A stretch of DNA of 14,129 bases from contig CAYGAN010000034.1 in NCBI GenBank assembly GCA_964347585.1, positions 1 to 14,129 of the forward strand, written 5' to 3'. Positions 7,745-14,129 of this stretch are shown here, one piece after another. Source of the DNA: an uncultured Planctomycetales bacterium (GTDB lineage Bacteria; Planctomycetota; Phycisphaerae; UBA1845; CAYGAN01). The translations under genes and the position numbers were made by a program. The notes under the pieces were generated by a model, which searched no databases, had not been told where the DNA came from, and saw only the letters and a list, made by a program, of their open reading frames with translations. Position 1 is the stretch's first letter. Each line of letters starts with the position of its first letter.

Positions 7745-9061
7745 ATGGCGGCAGGTTCGATGCGCTTCCTACACGTGGGCGATGTACATCTGGGGGCCCG
7801 CTTCCGGTCCCGTCCTGAGATAGGCAGGAGCCTTCAGGCCGGCCTGTTCCAGGCGTGGTCTGAGTTGATCACTCACGCCATCAGGCGAAAAGCCGAGGCG
7901 GTTCTGATCGCAGGGGACCTATTCGAAACGAGCGACTACGATTCGCTTTCGCTCGGCGTGCAAAGCGTTGTCATGCAAGGGCTGAGACGTCTGGCGGCTC
8001 ACCGGATTCCTGTTTTTATCGCCCCTGGCAATCACGACCCGTTCACGCGCCGGAGCGCATACGACAAACTCCGCTGGCCGGACAACGTGACGATCTTTGA
8101 TTCGCAACAGCCGCGGGCGGTCGAACTCAGCGGCACCGGCCCGTCGATGACGATCCATGGTGTCGGCTTCACGTCGTCGGACGTCCGGGAGAACCTGGTG
8201 TCGCGGTTCAGAGCGGACGATGACGGGCGCTTCCACGTGGGACTCGTCCACTGCAACGTGATTACGGCTGCGGGCGCGGAGCACCACGAGGCGTACGCGC
8301 CGTGTCGGCCCGAGGACTTCCGCGGCAGGGGGATTCATTACTGGGCGTTGGGGCACGTGCATCGGGGCGGGGCGGTCCTCGACGAACCAAATCGACCATT
8401 GGTAGCGGCGTACGGCGGGTCGATCTTCGGGCTCGGGTTTGATGAAACAGGGGTTAAGGGGTGCCTCCTGGTGGAGGTAACGCCCGAGCGGCGAGTGCGT
8501 ACGCAATGGCTGCCGCTAGCACCGATCAGATGGGAGCAGGTCGACGTAGCCCTCACGCCGGAGGACGACCTTGCCGGGATCGAACAACGAGTCGAACAAG
8601 CGATTGGTCGGCACTTACGGGAGAGTGGCCCCGAAGCGGCAGGCACTCTGGCGCGGCGTGTGGAGTTCTGCGTGCGCGTCAATCTGACCGGCCGGTCCCA
8701 GCTGTCGCGCAAGACCGAGAGCGACTGGCGAGAGCTTGCAGAAGTGCTCGAGCAAAGGCACGGCCTTTTGCTGCTGGAATGGCGAGAACAGCTGAGACCA
8801 GCGATCGATTGGTCTCAATACGTAGGCCAGCCGCATGTGTTCGGGCAGCTGCTGGAACAATACCGGGCAGTGCTGGAAGGAACTGTCTCGCTGTCGGCTG
8901 ATCAGTGGGAAAAGCTCCTTCAGCCTGACGATCGACTTCAGCGACCGGACAGCCCGCAGCGACAGCTTTCCGGCGAGAAGTTGACAGCCTATCGACAGCG
9001 CGTGCTGCGCCAGGCCCTGGACTTGCTCGCAGACGAGTTTGTGCTCAACGAGGCGGGATAA
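7745..9061 (+). CDS. SbcD/Mre11-family calcineurin-like phosphoesterase (putative DNA-end exonuclease), YhaO-like
   Basis: All five metallophosphoesterase motifs are present: MRFLHVGDVHLG (I), LIAGDLFE (II), IAPGNHDP (III), GLVHCNV (IV) and WALGHVHRG (V). A ~190 aa C-terminal helical extension follows. The true start may be the ATG at 7760 (MRFLHV...), which is in frame and has GGCAGG 5 nt upstream. Confidence 0.85.
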   Translation: MAAGSMRFLHVGDVHLGARFRSRPEIGRSLQAGLFQAWSELITHAIRRKAEAVLIAGDLFETSDYDSLSLGVQSVVMQGLRRLAAHRIPVFIAPGNHDPFTRRSAYDKLRWPDNVTIFDSQQPRAVELSGTGPSMTIHGVGFTSSDVRENLVSRFRADDDGRFHVGLVHCNVITAAGAEHHEAYAPCRPEDFRGRGIHYWALGHVHRGGAVLDEPNRPLVAAYGGSIFGLGFDETGVKGCLLVEVTPERRVRTQWLPLAPIRWEQVDVALTPEDDLAGIEQRVEQAIGRHLRESGPEAAGTLARRVEFCVRVNLTGRSQLSRKTESDWRELAEVLEQRHGLLLLEWREQLRPAIDWSQYVGQPHVFGQLLEQYRAVLEGTVSLSADQWEKLLQPDDRLQRPDSPQRQLSGEKLTAYRQRVLRQALDLLADEFVLNEAG

Positions 9062-9093
9062 TCAGCGGATCTGATCCGATAGGCTCTGACTAG

Positions 9094-12000
9094 GTGGACG
9101 GTCACTTGCGAATCGACGAACTGACCATCTCCGCATATGGGACGCTGGCGAAACGTCGGTGGAGCTTGCCGACGGATTTGACCATATTGTTCGGCCCGAA
9201 CGAAGCGGGCAAGACGACGCTCAAGTCGTTCATCGAAACCATCCTGTACGGGTTCGAGCCAGCCAGCGATCGGCATCCGTATCTGCCTTGGGATCCGGCA
9301 GGGCAAAGCTTCGGGGGCGAGATTGCATACGTGCTGCAGGACGGGCAGGGGTTTCGACTTCGACGGTTCCTGGATCTGAGCGGCCGGCGAGCCAAAGATG
9401 AGTCGGTGCTTCTGGCGGGGACGGAACCGGGGTCACCGAAGGCAGGGATCGACCCGGCGGATGTGGCAACCAGGCATCTGCGACAACCCCGGGCGATTTT
9501 CCGCACCGTCTTCTCTTTAAGCCTCGAAGATTTGATCGGCCTGGAACGGATTCCCGAGGACGATCAGCGTCACATCGAACGGGTGTTCTTCCGTGAAATG
9601 GCCGGGCTGGGCCTGGTTGCGAATCCCCGACAGGTCCTGGAAGCGCTTCACGAGAACCTTGAGCGGACAAAACGGTACGGCGGGTCGCGCAAGAAGGCGG
9701 AGATCACTGAATTTGAGAAGAACGAACTGGCACGAGCGGCGGCGGATCTGAAGCTCGCCCAGGAGGACCAACGTCGGGCGCGATCGATTCAAAGCGAGAT
9801 CGACGAGCTTGAAAGCCTTCAACAAGCCAAACGTGGCCAGCGCCGGCAACTCGAGCAGCAACTGCAGACCGAAGCCAGGCGAGGCCAACTCGTGGAACTG
9901 TTCTGCCGGTGGCAGCAGCTCGAACAGCAACTAGCCGACTTCAAGGACGTCCAGGAGTTCGACGAATCGCTCGCGGCGGAGCTGAACGGCTGCTTGGAAC
10001 GGCGAGGATTGCGGGCGGACGACCTGACCCGGATCAGCGACGAAGCCGAACGGGCTCGCGCCCGCGTGGCCGAGTTGCGCCAAATCGTCGAAAGCGGGGG
10101 ACCTCTGCTCGCCCACGCAGAAACCATCGAACAGTTGTCACGCCTGACCGACTCAGTCGGGCAGGTCCAGTCCGAACTCGCCTCCCAGGAAGCCCAGCTG
10201 GAAGCGCGGAAGCAGGAACTGTGCCAGCAATTCAGCACGGTAAGTCCCAAGGCGAGTGTGGACCGATCGAGGGCCGCGTCAGTTTCCACCACGGTCTGCG
10301 ATGAGTTGCTCGCAAAGCTCGATGTTTGGGGGCGAAGCCACGCGGACCTGGTAGGCTTGAAGTCCCGGTTGGCGGCGCAGCAACAGCAACTCGATCAGGC
10401 GTCGCGCGACGCCGAACGCCTCAAAATGGACTTGCCGGAAGACATGCCCCCGGACTTCTCCACCACCCGACTGCGGGAACTGGAGGAAGTGCATCGGCTC
10501 ATCGCGGCGCTGAACTCGGCGGAGCGCGACCTGGATGCGGAGCGGCATCGTCTGCGAGATGAAGACGAGGACCTGAATAAGGCACGTAAGCATGTGGCGG
10601 AAACATCCGGGGCGGCACGAGCGGCTGTGCCCGTGACCTGGGTGGTGACGGGCTTCGTTGCGACAATATTCGGGGCGATGGCCACGACGTATCAGTTGGC
10701 GAGCTCGTACAACCCGTTGGGAGCATTGCCCTACATGGTGATCATGGTGGCCGGGGTGGCCTTGCTCGTCCACCTGCGACAGCGACGCCAGAAGACGCTG
10801 CAGGCGGATGACTTGGTTCGGCAGAGCCCGCTGCTCCAACACCACCTGATGCGAGCCGAGTCGGCACGTGCGCGCGTTGAACAGCGCCAAAAGGACCTCG
10901 ATGAGCGTACCCAGGAGCTTCGACAGCGATGGCAGCAGGCGCGATTAGACGGACATCCCGATGCAAGACGCCTGGGAGAGCAAATTGCGCAGCTGCGGGC
11001 GTTCGACGAATCGCGGGCTGACCACGCGCGATGGCGGACATTGATCACACAGCGAGAGGACTTGGCCCAACAGGTCGAGCAAAGCGCCGGCCAGGTCAGG
11101 CAACTACAGGACGAACTGGCCAAGCAACGGGACGCGATTCGCGAGCGATTCCACGCGTTGGACTTGATCTGGGCGGATCAGGACGATCCCGCGTCCGCCC
11201 GAGATCGAGTCGTGCGGGCCGGTGAGCTTGCTGCACGATGGACGGACCTCCAGCGCGAAGAGGAGGCGATGCGCACCAAGCGCGAACAGCAGCAGTCCTT
11301 CGATCAGCGAGTGGGCGAGCTCCTGGCAGAGTTGGGTGAACCGTCCGACGATCCGAATGACCGCGTCCGCAAGATCGAGCAGCTCAAGGGGCGCCTGGAT
11401 TGGATTCGGCAGCAGGACGCTAAGGCAATCGAGGCCGAGCAATACCTGACCAAGCTCCGAACGCAGCAAGATGAATTGCAGGAGGGCTTGAATCGGCTGA
11501 ACGAGCAGATCAGTCAGTGCTGCCAGCGGTTGAATATCGATGGGTACGAATCACTCAAAGGAGCGCGCCAACGAGCGCAGGAGCATCGAGAACTCGCCAG
11601 ACAGGAAGCATTCCTAGCTGAGGAGCTGACCCGGCAGCGACGCGCGGCTGGAGTGGCCGATGACTGGTCGCCGGATGCGTCTGAACCAGGTGAACCGGCA
11701 GAAGGCACAACGGCAGAGATCGGCGCTTCTGATGATGATCGTGCAGCGACTGGCGCAAAACGCACGGAGCTCGAGGCCGAGCTGGAACATGCGGCCTCGC
11801 AGATCGAGTCGCTCAAGCATGAGCTCAACCAGATCAACAGTCGCATGAGCACCGAGGTCGCAGAGGGCGCGCTCGAGGCTGCTTACGATCGGCTGGCTGA
11901 AATGAACGAACGATTCGACGTGTTGCTCGTCGCCCACAGGGTGCTGGACTCAGCGCTGGACGAGTTCCAGCGAAAGCGTCAGCCTCAGATAATCCGCAAG

Positions 12001-12381
12001 GCCCAATCATACATGTCGGCGCTGACCGGCGGACAGTATGAGCGGCTGCAGGCTGACCTGCTCGGCGAACGCAAGAAGCTGTCCACCTTCGAGGTGGTTC
12101 CTGACGATGGCCAGGGCCGGGTGGCGACCAGCTTCAGCCGCGGGACCCAGGAACAGATGTACTTGGCGCTGAGGCTGGCACTGGCAGATCAGCTCAGCGC
12201 CGCCGAGTCGTTGCCGCTGATCCTCGACGATGTGCTGGTAAACTGTGATGACCGTCGTCTTGAGGGAGCGGCCGATCTAATAGCACGGATCAGCAAGTCA
12301 AGGCAGATCCTTTTCCTGACCTGCCACGAGCAAACGCGCGAAGTGCTCATCTCGCGAGGCGGCACGGTCATCAATCTATAG
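9094..12381 (+). CDS. SbcC/Rad50-like SMC-type AAA ATPase with central transmembrane hairpin in place of a zinc hook (YhaN/SbcE-like)
   Basis: The N-terminal head has Walker A GPNEAGKTT followed by a YhaN-like segment (ILYGF...DRHPYLPWDPAGQSFGG). About 900 aa is Gln/Glu/Arg/Leu-rich coiled coil. The C-terminal head has the signature FSRGTQEQMYLALRLA, Walker B/D-loop LILDDVLVNCD and H-loop LFLTCHE. Two strongly hydrophobic ~20 aa segments lie mid-protein (VTWVVTGFVATIFGAMATTY and LGALPYMVIMVAGVALLVHL). There is no CxxC hook. The GTG start lies 32 nt after the upstream gene; an alternative TTG at 9106 would give M-RIDELTISAYG. Confidence 0.85.
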   Translation: MDGHLRIDELTISAYGTLAKRRWSLPTDLTILFGPNEAGKTTLKSFIETILYGFEPASDRHPYLPWDPAGQSFGGEIAYVLQDGQGFRLRRFLDLSGRRAKDESVLLAGTEPGSPKAGIDPADVATRHLRQPRAIFRTVFSLSLEDLIGLERIPEDDQRHIERVFFREMAGLGLVANPRQVLEALHENLERTKRYGGSRKKAEITEFEKNELARAAADLKLAQEDQRRARSIQSEIDELESLQQAKRGQRRQLEQQLQTEARRGQLVELFCRWQQLEQQLADFKDVQEFDESLAAELNGCLERRGLRADDLTRISDEAERARARVAELRQIVESGGPLLAHAETIEQLSRLTDSVGQVQSELASQEAQLEARKQELCQQFSTVSPKASVDRSRAASVSTTVCDELLAKLDVWGRSHADLVGLKSRLAAQQQQLDQASRDAERLKMDLPEDMPPDFSTTRLRELEEVHRLIAALNSAERDLDAERHRLRDEDEDLNKARKHVAETSGAARAAVPVTWVVTGFVATIFGAMATTYQLASSYNPLGALPYMVIMVAGVALLVHLRQRRQKTLQADDLVRQSPLLQHHLMRAESARARVEQRQKDLDERTQELRQRWQQARLDGHPDARRLGEQIAQLRAFDESRADHARWRTLITQREDLAQQVEQSAGQVRQLQDELAKQRDAIRERFHALDLIWADQDDPASARDRVVRAGELAARWTDLQREEEAMRTKREQQQSFDQRVGELLAELGEPSDDPNDRVRKIEQLKGRLDWIRQQDAKAIEAEQYLTKLRTQQDELQEGLNRLNEQISQCCQRLNIDGYESLKGARQRAQEHRELARQEAFLAEELTRQRRAAGVADDWSPDASEPGEPAEGTTAEIGASDDDRAATGAKRTELEAELEHAASQIESLKHELNQINSRMSTEVAEGALEAAYDRLAEMNERFDVLLVAHRVLDSALDEFQRKRQPQIIRKAQSYMSALTGGQYERLQADLLGERKKLSTFEVVPDDGQGRVATSFSRGTQEQMYLALRLALADQLSAAESLPLILDDVLVNCDDRRLEGAADLIARISKSRQILFLTCHEQTREVLISRGGTVINL

Positions 12382-12402
12382 CTCAAGGTAAACCTGACAA
12401 AG

Positions 12403-13392
12403 CTACTCGCTCGCAGCCGAGCTGGTCTTCTGTGTTGTTGCCGGAGTCGGCGGCAGGTCGAAGGCGCTGGCTTCTTCGAACCGCTCGACGCCCAGGCGAT
12501 CGAGGACCTTCTTGCGAGCCGACAGGGTTCGAGTCAGGTAGGTCTTGAGCCCGGCAACAAGTTGGGGATCGGCGTCGGCGGAAACCAGCACAGGCCCGTC
12601 GGGCAACGTCGGGACAGCTTCCGTTCTTGCCAGTATGCGCACTTGGTCACGCGAGAACGTGGTGGGGATGAACGTGCCACCGGTTTGCGGCCAACTGTTG
12701 TAATCGACCTCGTCAACGACGCCCGCCTCTGTGCCCAGTTCATAGACAATGGCTTTCGCGGACTCAAAGGAATTGAAATGGTGCTGAAGCATCAGCCCAG
12801 GGATAGGGGAGGGGAGGGGCACCGGTAGGGGGGTCAGCTCTCGGTGAAGGTCAGTGACTTTGACGCCGCCCTTCGCTAGTGTCTTGAGGGCGCCGAGATG
12901 CAGAGTCGGGTGCCCGGCTGGCCCGAAGGAGAATCGCTTGCCCTTCAGATCGGCGATCTCGCGAATGCTGGACTTGGCTGAGGCCAGGATTACGCCACGC
13001 CGCTGCCGACCGTCCTCGCGAAAGACGGGGACGGCAACTACCTGCGGCCCATCGCCCGGGCTCAATACCTCGCCTGCCTCGGCAGCCCCGACCAAAGCAA
13101 ATTGCAGCCTGCCGTCCTCGAGGTGGGCCTTGATCTGAAAAGGCTTCAGCCGCTCGGATTGTATGATCCTGCCAAGCTCCCGCCCGAGATCCCGCTCAAA
13201 CTCGGGACAGAACTGGCGGTAATCAGTCGTGGTGGCACCGATTCTCAACGGCGGGCTGAGCAGCGCTCCCATGCCTCGGCCGATGCCGAGGGGATCCAGA
13301 ATAGCTAAGCCCTTGGGGCTCTCCCGACACCCAGCCAAAGCGAACAAGGCGATTAGGCACGCCCGATGAGAGACGGCTGGCCGGATGCTCAT
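12403..13392 (-). CDS. PhnD/SsuA-family periplasmic substrate-binding lipoprotein (phosphonate/phosphite ABC-transporter SBP-like), orphan
   Basis: It has a signal peptide with a lipobox (LIALFALAGC). The core matches the PhnD family (IREIADLKGKRFSFGPAGHPTLHLGALKTLAKGGVKVTDL). The ATG at 13392 has a GGGAGG SD sequence 7 nt upstream. The ORF-track N-terminal extension to 13596 is Cys/Arg-rich and probably non-coding. Confidence 0.75.
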   Translation of the reverse strand: MSIRPAVSHRACLIALFALAGCRESPKGLAILDPLGIGRGMGALLSPPLRIGATTTDYRQFCPEFERDLGRELGRIIQSERLKPFQIKAHLEDGRLQFALVGAAEAGEVLSPGDGPQVVAVPVFREDGRQRRGVILASAKSSIREIADLKGKRFSFGPAGHPTLHLGALKTLAKGGVKVTDLHRELTPLPVPLPSPIPGLMLQHHFNSFESAKAIVYELGTEAGVVDEVDYNSWPQTGGTFIPTTFSRDQVRILARTEAVPTLPDGPVLVSADADPQLVAGLKTYLTRTLSARKKVLDRLGVERFEEASAFDLPPTPATTQKTSSAASE

Positions 13393-13445
13393 GAGGATCC
13401 TCCCAATCGCGTCAGGCAGCTTGCCCCAGTCAAGCGATGAGCAAC

Positions 13446-13474
13446 AGTATAAGCGCGCGTGACACGTTGAGCAA
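13446..13474 (-). promoter_or_regulatory. candidate sigma70-like promoter for PhnD-like gene (-35 TTGCTC, 17 nt spacer, -10 TATACT)
   Basis: On the - strand the sequence reads TTGCTC-N17-TATACT, about 50 nt upstream of the ATG at 13392. Confidence 0.3.
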
Positions 13475-13688
13475 GGCTGCGCGACACGGCAAACGCGGCC
13501 GGGCCAGCCCACACTCAGTCCTCGCATACGCCTGTCTGGCGGTGAAGCATGTGTGGCCAGGGCGCACACAGTCACCCTGGCGGGCCTGGTATGCACCTTG
13601 CCCCCAACAGGTGCGTAGCTTTGGGATCTACCATGAGGCTAACGCGCAACAGCCGCTGAAACAGCAGGTGTAGCATCCGGCAGGGGCT

Positions 13689-13955
13689 CTAACGGCCGAC
13701 GATGTCGATGGAGTTATGAAAGACATTAACCAACGCCCGATGTCGGGCGTTCAGGCGGTCCACCCATCGCTCGACCAGATGAACGACAATGCCATCGGCA
13801 GCCGAGTTCCCGCCGTCCAACTCGAATTCCACAATGTCGCCGCCTTGAAGCTCCTGATCATCCGAAGGAACGTGAAAAGCGACCTCCTCCCCGGCCTCGG
13901 TAGCAATCAAACCGCGTCCGTCGGTGGGACGGAACCAAACTATGTGGCCTCGCAT
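13689..13955 (-). CDS. small cold-shock-domain-like protein (divergent CSD with degenerate RNP1 motif and ~25 aa C-terminal extension)
   Basis: The 88 aa ORF has a GGAGG SD sequence 5 nt upstream of its ATG. It aligns loosely to CspA-type CSDs: GHIVWF..GRGLIA...VAFHV...GDIVEF against GIVKWF..KGFGFI...VFVHF...GQKVSF. An AT-rich putative promoter region lies upstream on the - strand. Confidence 0.55.
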   Translation of the reverse strand: MRGHIVWFRPTDGRGLIATEAGEEVAFHVPSDDQELQGGDIVEFELDGGNSAADGIVVHLVERWVDRLNARHRALVNVFHNSIDIVGR

Positions 13956-14044
13956 CGCGTCCTCCCCGCCTGCCTACCTAGCTTTGCGCTCAACGTGCCC
14001 AGCGCGTTGAATTGAACCGATATAGGTGCCGTTCCGTTCCCCAA

Positions 14045-14073
14045 TTTCTAACAGAACTATGCCACATGATCAA
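14045..14073 (-). promoter_or_regulatory. candidate promoter for CSD-like gene in AT-rich region (-35 TTGATC, 17 nt spacer, -10 TAGAAA), implying an ~80 nt 5'UTR
   Basis: On the - strand the sequence reads TTGATC-N17-TAGAAA. The local GC content drops to about 40% at 14020-14129. Long 5'UTRs are typical of cold-shock genes. Confidence 0.3.
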
Positions 14074-14129
14074 GAAACTAACAAGTCAAAATCCAAAGAA
14101 TACGCAAAAAACCGTCCTGCTCGTCGTTA

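Noticed and set aside
9066-9078. Palindrome CGGATC-T-GATCCG between the SbcD-like and SbcC-like genes
   Set aside because: A 1-nt spacer precludes a hairpin, and the short arms are compatible with chance. I noted only that it contains two GATC sites. There is no independent support for a regulatory role.
13393-13596. 68 aa N-terminal extension of the PhnD-like ORF (MHTRPARVTVCALATHASPPDRRMRG...)
   Set aside because: The internal ATG at 13392 has a strong GGGAGG SD sequence and is immediately followed by a lipoprotein signal peptide. The extension is Cys/Arg-rich and contains the predicted promoter, so it is unlikely to be translated.
13437-13673. 78 aa + strand ORF in the spacer between the two - strand genes
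   Set aside because: It has no SD sequence and no motifs, and it overlaps the predicted - strand promoter/UTR structures. It is likely spurious.
13716-14015. 99 aa + strand ORF overlapping the CSD-like gene
   Set aside because: The - strand ORF has a strong SD sequence and CSD-like fold signature. The + strand translation is featureless.
1-14129. Search for tRNA/rRNA genes, CRISPR repeats, IS/transposase or integrase signatures
   Set aside because: There is no T-loop-like GGTTCGAATCC in an acceptor-stem context. No regularly spaced direct repeats exist beyond the single 23-nt pair at 3108/3162. No transposase (DDE) or integrase ORFs are present, and no terminal inverted repeats flank any segment.

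Overview
This is a 14.1 kb, roughly 65% GC bacterial chromosomal segment, packed with coding sequence and using frequent GTG starts. I support nine protein-coding genes and found no rRNA, tRNA, CRISPR array, transposase or integrase.

On the + strand there are three groups. (1) A tightly spaced four-gene cluster: an SPFH/band-7 (HflK/HflC-like) membrane protein, then an ABC-2-type ATPase with an unusual ~130 aa acidic Ala/Glu-rich C-terminal tail, then an ABC-2 permease with a ~200 aa extracytoplasmic insertion (start codon overlaps the ATPase stop by 1 nt), then a ~635-680 aa N-terminally membrane-anchored protein with no recognisable domain. (2) A stand-alone class I xylose isomerase (xylA) with all catalytic and metal-binding motifs intact. 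(3) After a 250 bp very GC-rich spacer, a two-gene module: an SbcD/Mre11-family phosphoesterase followed 32 nt later by a 1095 aa SbcC/Rad50-like coiled-coil ATPase. In that ATPase the central zinc hook is replaced by two predicted transmembrane helices (YhaO/YhaN, 'SbcEF'-like architecture).

On the - strand there are two genes: a convergent orphan PhnD-like periplasmic-binding lipoprotein with a strong Shine-Dalgarno (SD) sequence, and a small divergent cold-shock-domain-like protein preceded by a distinctly AT-richer putative promoter/5'UTR region at the window edge.

The most interesting candidate systems are the membrane-tethered SbcCD-like nuclease/ATPase pair and the SPFH-ABC transporter-unknown large protein cluster. 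The long antisense ORFs in the six-frame track are high-GC artefacts.
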